A stretch of DNA of 64,000 nucleotides from Eledone cirrhosa (taxonomy: Eukaryota), in contig OZ024761.1 in NCBI GenBank assembly GCA_964016885.1, positions 15,934,001-15,998,000 on the forward strand, in the 5' to 3' direction. Position numbers and translations under genes: made by a program. Positions 12,919 through 26,859 of this stretch are shown here, piece after piece; the stretch's first letter is position 1, and each line of letters starts with the position of its first letter. Under the pieces are notes generated by a model. The model worked only from the letters and a program-made list of their open reading frames with translations. It made no database searches and was not told the DNA's origin.

Positions 12919-13588
12919 GTCTGTTATTTTAACAAGCAATTAAATGTGCTAATTACCCCAGTATTTTATCTTATTACACTGTTAACACACGGTATAATAG
13001 AAATGTTGTCAAACGTGGTCAACCACTGAACTAATTAACGTGTTTATGTTAATTAAGATCATTAGCAGATACAGGAGCTGTTATCTGTTGTTACTATCAC
13101 TGCTGTTGTCACAACTGGCTTTTTTTATGTTGATGCTGTTGTTGATGTTGTGATGATTAATGGTGTTGTTGATGTTGTTGTTGATGATGGTGATGGTGAT
13201 GTTGTGATGATTAATGGTGTTGTTGATGTTGTTGTTGATGTTGTCACAACTGGCTTTTTTTATGTTGTTTTTGATGATGTTGTTGTTGTTGATGATGTTT
13301 TTGATGATGGTGATGTTGATGATGGTGATGGTGATGTTGTTGTTGATGATGTTGTCACAACTGGCTTTTTTATGTTGTTTTTGATGATGATGTTTTTGAT
13401 GATGGTGATGTTGATGATGTTTTTGATGATGGTGATGGTGATGTTGTTGTTGTTGATGATGGTGATGGTGATGTTGTTGATGATGTTTTCGTTGGCGTTG
13501 TCACAACTGGTTTTTTTAATGTTCTTGTTGTTGTTGATGATGTTGTTGATGTTGATGATGTTTTTACTGGTGCTATCACAACTGGCTT

Positions 13589-13623
<35 letters not shown>

Positions 13624-14339
13624 ACTGCTACTGTGAAAATACATTCTTGATTGTGATTGCTGATTATTATAGTTAATAGTATTGTGGTGGCGGTGGCGTC
13701 GTATTGCTGGTGTTTGTGGCGGGGGGGCTGGCAATGGTGGTGGTGGTGTTCGGGAGCTGGAAGTGGTGGTGACAACGGTGGCAAAGGTTTTGGTAGTACT
13801 GGTGCTGGTGTGTGACAGTGGTGGTGGTGGATAGGCTGTTCGTGATGGGTGGGGGAGTATAGTGCTGGGTTCATGGTGATGATAATGACTCTAATAGTAG
13901 TGATGATAATTCTGATAATAATGATGATGAAACTGATAATGATTTTGATGATGGTGGTGGTGGTGGTGGAGGAGGAAATTGTAGGGGTGTCTAGCTAGAA
14001 AAGGTGGTGAGGTAATTGTGAGTGGGGGTGGGAAGAGATGGAGGCTGTTGATTGAACCTAATTTCTGAAGGATCTATTTATCTATCTATCTATGTATCTA
14101 ACTCTCATTTCTCTCTATATCTATCTATCTAACTCTATCCATTTCTTTCTATATCTATTTATCTCTATCTCTATCTATCTATCACTCGCTCTCTCTCCCT
14201 CTTTCTATCTATCTATCTATCTAGTTAGCTATCCTCACCACAAATTTGTGAAATCTTTATCAATTCACAGGCCTATGAAAGGAGACATTCAACACAGTAG
14301 CATAACTTCTTCGTGTGCTACAATTAACCCTTTGCCACA

Positions 14340-15560
14340 TTAACCCTTTCGTTACTATATTTTTAACGAAAGAAACTAAGTCTTCAACCCTTTCATCACC
14401 ATATTTCTAATGAAAGACACTGTCTATGTCATTAACCCTTTCATCACCATATTTCTAATGAAAGACACTGTCTATGTCATTAACCCTTTCATCACCATAT
14501 TTCTAATGAAAGACACTGTCTATGTCATTAACCCTTTCATTGCCATATTTCTTATGGAAGACACTGTCTATGTCATTAACCCTTTCATTGCCATATTTCT
14601 AATGAAAGACACTGTCTATGTCATTAACCCTTTCATTGCCATATTTCTTATGGAAGACACTGTCTATGTCATTAACCCTTTCATTGCCATATTTCTAATG
14701 AAAGACACTGTCTATGTCATTAACCCTTTCATTGCCATATTTCTTATGGAAGACACTGTCTATGTCATTAACCCTTTCATTGCCATATTTCTAATGAAAG
14801 ACACTGTCTATGTCATTAACCCTTTCATTGCCATATTTCTTATGGAAGACACTGTCTATGTCATTAACCCTTTCATTGCCATATTTCTTATGGAAGACAC
14901 TGTCTATGTCACTAACCCTTTCATTGCCATATTTCTTATGGAAGACACTGTCTATGTCATTAACCCTTTCATTGCCATATTTCTTATGGAAGACACTGTC
15001 TATGTCATTAACCCTTTCATTGCCATATTTCTAATGAAAGACACTGTCTATGTCATTAACCCTTTTATTGCCATATTTCTAATGAAAGACACTGTCTATG
15101 TCATTAACCCTTTCATTGCCATATTTCTTATGGAAGACACTGTCTATGTCATTAACCCTTTCATTGCCATATTTCTTATGGAAGACACTGTCTATGTCAT
15201 TAACCCTTTCATTGCCATATTTCTTATGGAAGACACTGTCTATGTCACTAACCCTTTCATTGCCATATTTCTTATGGAAGACACTGTCTATGTCATTAAC
15301 CCTTTTATTGCCATATTTCTAATGAAAGACACTGTCTATGTCATTAACCCTTTCATTGCCATATTTCTTATGGAAGACACTGTCTATGTCATTAACCCTT
15401 TCATTGCCATATTTCTTATGGAAGACACTGTCTATGTCACTAACCCTTTCATTGCCATATTTCTTATGGAAGACACTGTCTATGTCATTAACTCTTTCAT
15501 TGCCATATTTCTTATGGAAGTCACTGTCTACGTCAGTAATTCTTTCATTACCATATTTCT
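14340..15560 (+). repeat. 48-bp minisatellite, about 25 units, made of a TTAA MITE terminus
   Basis: Unit ttaaccctttcattgccatatttcttatggaagacactgtctatgtca. Continues into the MITE body at 15560-15730. Confidence 0.95.
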
Positions 15561-15791
15561 ATTAAAGATAATACGCATGATTTTGAAATAATTTTGAAAA
15601 TAATGAATAGTCTGGAAGGATTTAGCAATATGACTAACTTTCCCGTTATCAAGCTAGCATTTGGGTTTCTTTGGAATGCAGCTTATCAAAGGTTCTTACA
15701 AAAAATTAGAGTGGAAGGTATTTTAGATGACGGAATCTTCAGTTGTCATGGACAAGACCTGACAACCTCTCTAAGTGCTGGTGATCTACAC

Positions 15792-16060
15792 CAACGATCT
15801 GCAACCTTATTTATACCACGGACCGGTTTCATGCCAGACAATCTTTCCGTGGACTGATAGTTGCACATATCTTATTTAAGTGCATTTTGATAAAGAGGGC
15901 AATAATAAAAAGAGCAATTTATTAAAGTAGATGAATTTTGAATATTTAAACAAATCTTTTAAAATTAAAGTCCAATATTCAATTTATCTATTATATAATT
16001 TTAAACAAGTTAATTATTTCTTTGTGGCCTGGTCCATGCCCCGGTGGTTGGGGACCTCTA
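15792..16060. mobile_element. MER1/Charlie-like hAT MITE
   Basis: Ends caacgatctgcaacc / ggttggggacctcta. TSD atctacac / atctacat. Subterminal ggaccggtttcatgccagacaatctttccgtggac. Confidence 0.75.
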
Positions 16061-16983
16061 ATCTACATGATAAACACACACAGCAATTGTGATTGGTAAT
16101 AAGAAGGGCATCCAGCCATAGAAAACCTGCTAAACAAAGGGTCAGGAGGACTCTTCAGCTGGGTCAAAGGCATGAAAGTCTCCCTAGTGCTGTTACCATG
16201 ATAAAATGAACTCGGTAGAGTGCAGAAACATACACAAATGTTATGCAGATTCCCAGCCCACCTGGGAGGTCAGTGGTTTTGCTTGAGTACTGACTTTGTG
16301 TATGTAGACATGTCCAAACCTTGCTAGCAGGACATGTGATGATGATGGCGGTGATGGTGGCAGTGGTAATGGTGATGATGATGAAGATGGTGGTGGTGGT
16401 GATGGTGGCGCTGGTAATGCTGATGATGATGAAGATAAAGATGGTGATGGCGGTGGTAATGGTGATGATGATGAAGATGGTGGTGATGGTGGCGGTGGTA
16501 ATGGTGGCGATGATGAAGATGAAGATGGTGATGGCGGTGGTAATAGTGATGATGATGAAGATGGTGGTGATCGTGGCGGTGGTAATGGTGGCGATGATGA
16601 TGAAGATCAAGATGGTGATGGCGGTGGTAATAGTGATGATGATGAAGATGGTGGTGATGGTGGCGGTGGTAGTGGTGATGATGATGGTGAAGGTGATGAT
16701 GATTCTACCATAAAAGTGATGAGTCAGCAGAATTGTTACAAGGAATAAAAAAAAAATCAATGAAAAAGTGATGTGAAATGAAATGTCTTGCTCAAGAAGA
16801 AAATATGTCGCATAGCCCATGAATTGAAGCCACAACCTTATGTTTGTGGGCTGGACACCCTAACCATTAGGCCTTGCACCTTCACTCAAACATACATACA
16901 CACATATCATCATCATTATCATCAACATCAACATCACCATCACCAGTTTACATCCATTTTTCCACGCTAGCATGGGTTAAACG

Positions 16984-17015
<32 letters not shown>

Positions 17016-17182
17016 ATGTGTGTGTGTGTGTGTGTGTATGTGTGTATCTATGTGTGTGTGTGTGTGTGTGTATATATATGTGTGTGTGTATGTGTGTGTG
17101 TGTATATATATATGTGTGTGTGTGTGTGTATATATATGTGTGTGTGTGTGTGTGTATATATATGTGTGTGTGTGTATGTGTG

Positions 17183-17215
<33 letters not shown>

Positions 17216-17246
17216 ATATATATGTGTGTGTGTGTGTGTATATATA

Positions 17247-17297
<51 letters not shown>

Positions 17298-17330
17298 ATG
17301 TGTGTAAATATATATATATGTGTGTGTGTG

Positions 17331-17397
<67 letters not shown>

Positions 17398-17398
17398 A

Positions 17399-18540
17399 TG
17401 CAAAGTATGGGTGCATAAAAGATGTAGTGGGATCACAGGTAAGCTAACTAAGAACATAGATTTTACATGTGGCCGGTGCTCTGGTGCAATAAGTAGCAGC
17501 AAGTGCCCACAAACTACTAGCTCTTTCAATTGCGCAGAGGGTTCTATAGAAATAGTGAACAGCTTCCGTTACCTGGGCGATAAAATCAGCAGTGGGGGAG
17601 GGTGCTCTGAAAGTACTGTAGCTAGAGTCAGAACTGGTTGGAAAAAGTTCAGAGAGCTTATACCACTATTAGCTGCTAAAGGGTTCTCACTAAAAATGAA
17701 AGGCAGGTTGTACGATGCCTGCATACGAACAGCAATGCTGCATGGCAGTGAGACCTGGGCATTGTGTGCAGAGGATATACGCAGACTAGAGAGGAACGAA
17801 GCTTGCATGCTCCGCTGGATGTGTAACAGTAATATACGTGAACGGCAAAGCATAAACGAACTAAGGAAAAAATTAGAGATAAGAGGGATCAGATGTTGTT
17901 TACTCGAGAGAAGGCTACGTTGGTATGGACACGTGATGCGCATGAAAGTCGATAGCTGTATAACAAAGTGCAGGGCAATAAAGATAGACGGTAGTCACGG
18001 AATAGGCAGACCTAGAAAAACCTGGGACGAGCTGATAAACTCCGACATCACACACTTACACCTCTCCAAGACAATGTCACTGGACCGAGACCTTTGGCGG
18101 TACTCAGTAACAGAGAAGACCCGCCTTACCTAAATATATAGTAAAACCTACTCCAGCCAGTAGGCATCTCTAACAAAATACACCCCGTCCCACCACCCCC
18201 ACCCCCACCCGATCCACACCACCCCGTTCTATGTAAAGTTATGTTGGTGCCGCGCCATCGAGGCCGAAACAAATGAGATCGTGTAGGTGTCACGACAAAA
18301 AAACACACAGTCCACGCTGTAATGTGGCCGTGTAGGCAACACGGTAAAAACCTCCCAGACCCACACTGTAAATGTGGTTGGTGTTAGGAAGGGCATCCAA
18401 CTGTAGAAAACCTGCCAGACAGTCCTATGCGAGCAAGACAATCACTCTTGCCTCAAGTGGGACTACCCCCGTCCAAACCCATGCAAGCGTGGAACACGGA
18501 CGTTAAACGTTGATGATGATGATGATGATGATGATGATGT
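17399..18540 (+). mobile_element. RTE LINE 3' part (PHD-RT family), open frame to 18133 plus 3'UTR
   Basis: CKVWVHKRCSG...FTCGRC, FRYLG, HGSETW, RLRWYGHV, GRPRKTW. Ends in (GAT)n. Confidence 0.95.
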
Positions 18541-19121
18541 GTGTGTGTGTATATATATATGTGTGTGTAGTGTATATATATATATATATATATTTATATA
18601 TACACACGACACACAATTGGACCACTTATATTAATTAATAACTGAAAACTTGGGTGTGTCAGTTTTAACAATTCAATGTATATGTATGTACGTGTGTGTG
18701 TGCGATGTTTTACATGACAAATGACAAGCAGATAGACATACAGATTGACAAACTGACACACCCACATACACAGACACACACATACACCCACATACACAGA
18801 CACACACATACACCTACATACACAGACACACAGTCACACACACACACACACAGACATACCCACACACACAGACACAGACATACCCACACACAGACACAGA
18901 CACACACAGTCACACACACACACAGACATACCCCCACACACAGAGACACAGACACACACAGACACAGACACACAGACACACACACAGAGACACAGACACA
19001 CACACACACACCGGCACACAGACACAGACACACACAGACACACCCACTCACACAGAGACACAGACACACACAGACTCACACACACCGGCACACAGACACA
19101 AGTACATACAGACACACACAG

Positions 19122-19152
<31 letters not shown>

Positions 19153-19357
19153 GACATACACACACACATACAGACACACGTACATATAGACACACACACA
19201 AACACAGACAAAATCAGGCAGACACACAGACACACAGACAGGCAGGCAAATAAACAGACAAACAGACAGACACGACGACAAACAGACAGACAGACATGTA
19301 GACAGATAGATAGACATTCAGACAGACATTACAGAGTGACAGACAGACACACAGATA

Positions 19358-19695
19358 TATTTCTTTATTAGCCACAAGGGCGCACAAGAAAAGGGGACAA
19401 TACAAAGACATGCCGGGGATTTTACATGCAGTCGTGTAAAAAATATAAAAACAAACAATTACAACAATCGAAATCCCCAATAGAGGGGGAGGCGCCACAA
19501 ATGGGTTGTTTAATACCCCGTCGATAGAACAACCCTCAACTCCAGGAGCGTGTTGTGCAAGTGCTCCTTTCTTCCTTTTGCTCTCTTCCTTAACCTACAG
19601 GCTTATAAACAGAGAAGGCCCAATCACTCGGGCCATTTTCGCTTCATTCACCCACCTTTCAGTAAATTTACTGGGGTGCAGTGCCTCTCTCTCCA
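19358..19695 (-). mobile_element. Tx1/L1-like LINE 3' end
   Basis: EALHPSKFTERWVNEAKMARVIGPSLFISL*, then a 3'UTR with AATAAA at 19364-19369. Confidence 0.6.
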
Positions 19696-20214
19696 CACAC
19701 AGATAGACAGACAAACAGACAGACATACAAACGAAAATAGAGACATTCTATTGGTATTTCTTATGTTACACTTATTAGCTGTAGCTATTGTTGCTAGTGT
19801 TCTTGTTGTTGTTGTTGCTGATGATGTTTTTGTTGATGTTGGTGATGGTTTTGTTGATGTTGATGTTGATGATTATGTCGTTGATCTTGATGATGTTGAT
19901 CATGATGTTGCTGTTGTTTGGTATCAAAAGTCTAAAATGCAACATGGAACTGGGATGTGTTCTTGTCTGAAGAACCTCCAAGAACCAGAAACCTTAATTT
20001 TAACAAAGGTACAAGTCAAGAAATTCCGGATCAAGGGCAAAAATCAATTAAACCAGCTCCTAGTACTTGTCTATCTATCTATTTATTGCTCTTGTTCGAT
20101 AAGTCTAGGGTCATCCTGGTCAGTAGCCCTTGAGGTGGCAGCGTGTATAAAGCCAACTAGATGTCCACCAGTGCCTTCCATCACTAGTGGTGCTGTGCTA
20201 GACCCTCTGCATCC

Positions 20215-20590
20215 TCCATCTGGTGTGGAGGTCTGCTGTGAAGCCTCTTCCAGCCATCTGGTGCAGATGTCCACTGTGAGGCCTCTTCCAGCCATCTGGT
20301 GCAGATGTCTGCTGTGAAGCCTCTTCCAGCCATCTGGTGTGCAGGTCTGCTGGGGGCCCTCTCTCAGCCATCTGATGCAGGGTCTGCTGTGAGGCCTCTT
20401 CCAGGCATCTGGTGCGGAAGCCTGCTGTGAGGCCTCCTCCATCCATCTGATGCAGGGCTTGCCAAGGGATCACTCCGAGCCATCTTGTGCAGAGACATTG
20501 CCATGGCAACTGGCATGAGGCCTCACCTAGCTATCTGATGCAGGGCCTGCTGTGCGGACTGGCATGGGACCTCATCCAGCCCACCAATGC
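20215..20590. repeat. 38-bp GC-richer minisatellite
   Basis: gcctcttccagccatctggtgcagatgtctgctgtgaa variants. Confidence 0.85.
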
Positions 20591-21959
20591 TGTGTCAAAC
20601 GAGAGTATGGCCCAGGTAGGATGATCTGGTAGGAGGCGTATGACATGTTTGTAACAGTACTTGACTGCTACTTATTTGACCTACCCTTGGAAGGATTTGA
20701 ACTCAGAATGCTTAAATTCTATAACTAAATACCACAAGGCATTAAGCATTTTTTTTTTGTCTGACACTCTACCGATTCTGCTAATTGAAATGATAAGGAG
20801 TTGCAGCATTAAATATAGATTTCTGAAAACCATCATCACCTTATTCCTCACCCTCACCATCATCATCATCATTGTCATCATCACCATAATGATGACAATG
20901 ATGATGGTGTTGGTGGTGGTGATGGTGGTGGTGGTGATGGTGATGGTGGTGATGGTGGTGATGGTGGTGGTGGTGGTGGTGATGGTGGTGGTGGTGATAA
21001 TGATGATGGTGGTGGTGATAATGATGATGGTGGTAATGGTTATGGTGGCGATGGTGGTAATGATGATAGCGGTGATGGTGATAATGATGATGATGATCGT
21101 GGTGGTGATGATGATGATGATTATGGTGGTGATAATGATGATGATGGTGACGGTGGTGATGACAATGGTTGATGATGGTGATGGTTATGGTGGTGGTTAA
21201 AATACGTTGATGATAGTGGACCCCCCTCCAAAAAAAAAAAAAAAAAACCAGCTCATAGCTTCTGATAGAAATCATGAAGAAGCCATTAAATCTGGAAGAT
21301 AAAAATGACATTTGTATTTGCTGTTGTTGTTGTTGCCATAGCTGTTATTGCTGCAACACTTCAACTGTTGTTGTTGTTGTTGTTGTACCATCTGTCAGTT
21401 TGCCAAAATACAATATATGCTGTATTGGAGGAAACAAGACATTTGCTTGGGAATGTCAAAGTTGAAATTTTTTTTTTTTTTTTTTTGAAATTCATTTTAA
21501 AGTAAATTATTATTATTATTATTATTATTATTATTTATTATTATTGGTGTTATTATTGTTGTTCTTGTTAGTTATATTTTTACTGTGTGTTGTTACTGCA
21601 TTACCGAGCACAGTTCTGTGTGTGCTGTAAGTGTGTGCGGTGTCATTCTGGGTGTTGTTATTTCTAATGTATTGAGAATTGAATCTGTAGAGCATCAGAC
21701 ACCGTGCTTTGCAGTATAGAGTTATGGCTTTTTACGTTCTGAGTTCAAATCCCACCATGTTAATTTTGCCTTTCCTCCTTACGGGGATTGATAAAATAAA
21801 GCACCAGTAATGCACTGAGGTAATTGCTGGCCCTGTGCCAAAAGTAGGTGAGGTTGACTTTGCCTTTCCTCCTTACGGGGGTCGATAAAATAAAGCACCA
21901 GTAATGCACTGGGGTAATTGCTGGCCCCGTGCCAACAGTAGAAACATTATTATCATTAT

Positions 21960-22360
21960 TATTAACTTTTTCAAATTTCATTTGGAAAAGAAAATGAGGG
22001 TGGAGAAGGAAGTTCTCCCATCCCAGCAATTTATTGAAAGATGGGTGAGAGAGGCAAGCATGGCCTGAGTGAATGGGCCTGTCCTGAGTATGCACCTGTA
22101 GATAGGAGGTAGGGTAGAAAACTAGGAGAGGGCTCTTGCCCTGGTGGTCAGGGTCACTGTGGCTTTTTTAATGGGTTTTCTCCACAAGTGACCCTCGGAG
22201 GTCTCCCCCTATTGGGGAATTTTCCTTTGTTTCATTTTTTTTTTTGTTACATCCTTTGTTTTATGTATTTGTTTTTATATGCAGAAACGTCCATTTGTAC
22301 CGTCCTGTGCTGTCCTTAATGTTATACTTTATGTCAACCCTTGTGGTCAATAAAGAAAAC
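21960..22360 (+). mobile_element. Tx1/L1-like LINE 3' end, relative of 19358-19695
   Basis: KRKMRVEKEVLPSQQFIERWVREASMA*VNGPVLSMHL*. Both copies end cccttgtgg(t/c)(c/t)aataaagaaa. Confidence 0.6.
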
Positions 22361-23018
22361 ATTATTATTATCATTATTCGGTGAATTGGCAGAATCGGTA
22401 GAGTTTCAGACAATATGCTTTGCAGCACATAGTTACACTCCTTTACATTCTGAGTTCAAATCCTGCCTAGGCTAACTTTGCCTTTCAACCATACAGGGTC
22501 GATAAAATAAAGTTCCAGTAATGCGCTGGGGTCAATTTCATCGACTTTCCCCTCTCCCCTCTCCCCAAATTGTAGGCCTTGTGCCTAAATCAGAAACCAT
22601 TATTGTGCTCTGGGATAATTGCTGGCCTTGTTCCAAAAGTAGAAACAATTATTATTTATCAGTAGTCTTACTCTTATTACATGCATTCACTGCACGTAGG
22701 TGGTGAGTTGGCTGAGTTGTTAGAGTTTTGGTTTAAATACCTCGGCATTCAATCCTGATCTCACTGCTCTCCGAGTTCAAATCTCACCAAGGTCGACTTT
22801 GCCTTTCATCCTTTTTGGGACGATAAAAAAAAAAGTATCTGTCCAATAATTGTTTCTACGTTAGGCACAAGGCCAGCAATTACCCAGTGCATTACTGGTA
22901 CTTTATTTTATCGACCCCGTAAGGATGAAAGGCAAAGTCAACCTCAGCGGGATTTGAACTCAGATCGTAAAGGGACGTAACTATGCTGGAAAGCATGGCG
23001 TCTGACCCTCAACTGATA

Positions 23019-23306
23019 CTGCCAATCCACCAAGTATCTGCCAATCCACCAAGTATTTGCCAATCCACCAAGTATCTGCCAATCCACCAAGTATCTGCCA
23101 ATCCACCAAGTATCTGCCAATCCACCAAGTATCTACCAATCCACCAAATATCTGCCAATCCACCAAGTATTTGCCAATCCACCAAGTATCTGCCAATCCA
23201 CCAAGTATCTGCCAATCCACCAAGTATCTGCCAATCCACCAAGTATCTGCCAATCCACCTAGTATCTGCCAATCCACCAAGTATCTGCCAATCCACCAAG
23301 TATCTG
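23019..23306. repeat. 19-bp minisatellite at a SINE 5' end
   Basis: ctgccaatccaccaagtat, about 15 units. Confidence 0.95.
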
Positions 23307-24124
23307 TCCAATAATGGGATCTATTCTTTCTCTACATCTCTCCCTCATTTATTCTCTTTCATTCCCCCTCTCTCTTTCTTTCTCATTTATTCTCTATCAT
23401 TCTCTCTCTCTTTCTCTTTCCATCTCTGGAAGAAACCGGCTGTGTTCAAACTTGGAGAGGGCAGGGGCTCTGGCCATCTTTGAAATGCTCAAGACACACT
23501 GGATGTCACCCCTCCCCATATGACATCATCACTAATAACAACATCCATCCCATCTATATGACCCCCATAACTAATAACATTATTAAGCTGGTGGATTGGC
23601 AGTATCGGTAGAGGGTCGGACACCATGCTTAGCAGCATAGAGTTACGGCCCTTGCCATTCTGAGTTCAAATCCCGCCGAGGTTAACTCTGCCTTTCATCC
23701 TTACGGGGTCGATAAAATAAAGTACCAGTAATGCACTGGGATAATTGCTGGCCTTGTGCCAAAAGTAGAAACAATTATTAAGCTGGTCTTTGGAAAATAA
23801 CTTAACAGAGGTTCTTACATAAAATTATTTTGGAAGGTTTTTAGATAAACAAACACATTTAAAACAAACAACTTTATATTATAGAACCAGGGTCAGTTTC
23901 AGGGAGGGGGGAGGGGCGATAGGAAAAGAGTAAACTACTAATTAACTAACCAGCTTTTGTCATGTCTGCTCCAGACTGGCCTGGGCTGGAAGCCACACTC
24001 TACATTTGCTGTGGTTGCTATTTAGCTTTAAGTCACACCTAGTTAAGTAGATTTGTGATCAAAGGTGTTCCAACCATAACAATTCTGTCGTATTCTATAG
24101 CTGGTATACTACATTGTATAATGT

Positions 24125-24600
24125 TCATCTTCATCTTCTTCGCCCACTATTTCCTGAGAGGTTTGTAGGGGAAGAGTTCTGAAACACTCCTTCCAGTGGG
24201 TCCTGTCAGAAGCAATAGTTTCCAACTGATCTGGCTGGATCCCCAAAAGAGACCAGCCAAATTTACGGATGTTATCCAACCATCTTGCTCAGGGTCTACC
24301 CCTGGGTCTCCTGCTGGTTGGTTTTGCCTGTAAAATCTGTCCAGCGATTCTTTCCTGAGACATTCTAACCACATGCTCATAGAATCAGAGCTGTGATCTC
24401 CCAATTCAGAGAAGTAATGGTTCTACCTGGAGCAACTCTCTGATCTCCGAGCTATGCACTCTATTGAATAACGTTCCTCCAAAGACACTTTGAAGGAACC
24501 ACATTTCAGCCGCTTGTATTCGCGATTGTATCCTTTCAGTCATTACCCAAGGATTCATGACCATAGGTAAGAGTTGGCATAAATACCAAAATGAAGACAA
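24125..24600 (-). mobile_element. Rex3/Expander-like RTE LINE 3' end
   Basis: WVMTERIQSRIQAAEMWFL...QVEPLLL, followed by a (GAA/GAT)-type tail. Confidence 0.85.
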
Positions 24601-25255
24601 TGAGTTGGGCTTTTACACCTACCTCCCTTCTTCTGATTACTGAATGCAGCATTCAGCATCAAACCTATCAAGTGCAAGTTGGAGAATAACTTCTGTTGAG
24701 TTAAGTAATACCACGTCGTCTGTAAATCAAATTCCAGCTGACTGATTCAACACCTGCCAGTCGTACCCTTTTTTTTCTTCCTAAGATGGTAGGGTATGAT
24801 TTGAAGGAGATTTACCTGCTATCAGGTCAAGAGACCATATAGAGGTCTACTACAAAGAGATTTGTGACAGTTTGGGATTGCAGTAGTAGGAAATAAAAGT
24901 GAGGTGATTTAATAATAATTTTATTAAAAGCAGGTAAATTTTATATACTTATATACAACAACAAGAATTGTGTCATATGATGATGGCATATATAACATCA
25001 CAACCATCATAACCAACATCATCATCATCACCAGATAACGTCCATTTTCCACACTAATATATATATATATCACTGTTTCTACTTTCGGCACAAGGCCAAA
25101 CTGTCCAGATCTAACTGTCGAAACAGCCGGAGCTCAGCCGTCGGGGTCCTGACTATTTTCCTATTACCCACTCTACAACCCTATGTATTGAGTACTCTGG
25201 TGCGTTATGGTCCACCTGGTATCTTACCACACCCTCTTCATTATATATATATATA

Positions 25256-26027
25256 TCATCATCATCATCATCATCATTTTAACGTCTATCTTCCACGCTA
25301 ACATGGGTTAGACGGTTTTGTTCCATTTGATGCGGGAATGGTCGGGACACCATGTCTCGCACGTATGAAAGCGTCTCTAGTAGGTTTTTTACAGCTGGAT
25401 GCCCTTCCTTACACAAACCACATTTACAGTGTGTACTGGGAGCCTTTTCACCGTGTCTCCTACATGACCACTTTACAGTGTGGACTGTTGTGTCATCGAC
25501 ACATTGGATGGAACGGGAGAGGGAGGATGGGATAGAGTGTGGCGGTGGGGTGTACATTGGGTTAAGAGATGCCTGACTGTAGGTTTGTATGCAATGGCAG
25601 TCGGGTCTTCTGTACAACTGCATGGCGCCAAAGATCTCGATCCAGTGTCATTGTCTTAGAGAGGTGTAGGTGAGCAAGGTCAGTTTTTATCACCTCGTCC
25701 CAGGTTTTTCTTGGTCTACCCACTCCGTAGCTTCCATCAATTTTCATTGCTCTGCACTTTTTTATACAGCTGTCATCCTTCATACGCATCACATAACCGT
25801 ACCAACTCAATCTCCTCTCCAGAACACAACATTTGATACCTCTTATGCTTAGTCTCTCAATCAATTCGTTTATGCTTTGCCATTCGTGCACATTACTATT
25901 ACACATCCATCGGAGCATGCAAGCTTCATTTGTTTCTAATCTACGCAAGTCTCCAGCATACAACACCTAAGTCTCACTACCATGCAAGCAGCATACAATC
26001 TGCCTTTCAGTTTTAGAGAAAAACCCA
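25256..26027 (-). mobile_element. RTE LINE 3' end (PHD-RT family)
   Basis: RRLETNEACMLRWMC...GRPRKTWDEVIK, 3'UTR and tail. Confidence 0.9.
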
Positions 26028-26859
26028 TATATATATATATATACATACAACACATATAGAATGAATCACCTGTAATGTATATTAACACTATGCGACACCA
26101 CAACCCTATGTTGATATTCTACAACAGGTAAGTAACACCCACTCAACCATGTCATTCTTTTGTGTTTTCCACACCTTCAAAAAACATCCTGGTCCACCTA
26201 AACATATTCACTAAATACTTTTAGTACACATACACTAGCAAACCTGTGAAGGATCCTCTAGTTTCCATTATCTGATGTCAATTTTTGCTGTTCTAGGTCA
26301 CACCCATATAGGTTTAGTTAGCCATCTACGGCTGTTCTTAGATGTGATAGTTGTTTTGACACCAAACATCCTGAAACTTCCCCTGATTCTAAGACACTAG
26401 GCTGTTTATTTTAAAGTATTTATCTATATACTACAAAAACTCTGTGATTATGATCTTGTCTCTGATGTAATACAGCCAAAACGACACATAATGGGAAAAT
26501 ACTTTGCAAGGAAAGATAAAGAGATAGTGGTTGTGAGTAAATTGAAAGAGAGACATGTCTGTGTATATTTTAATTATTTAAAAATTATTTTTAAATGAAC
26601 ATGATTTTAAAAAAATATTTTTAAGTGAACGTGACCCAAAGGATCACAGGTGGTCTAGTATGTATCTAAAAACCTTCCATCATAATTTTAAGTAACAACT
26701 TTTGATAACTTACGCTGCAGACATCGAATAAAATAATCCTTTCAAATTTTTGATTATTTTCAAAATAATTTTAAAATCACCAGCAGTGTCTTTCACTAGA
26801 AATATGGTAATGAGCAGGTTAAAGAAAAAACTTTTTTTTTTCCCAAGCAGGAGCAGCAA

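Noticed and set aside
14410-15591. 393-aa ORF of 16-aa repeats
   Set aside because: Translation of a 48-bp minisatellite derived from a MITE end.
16874-17398. N-terminal extension of the 419-aa RTE ORF
   Set aside because: Read-through of a stop-free (TG/TA)n tract; real homology starts near 17399.
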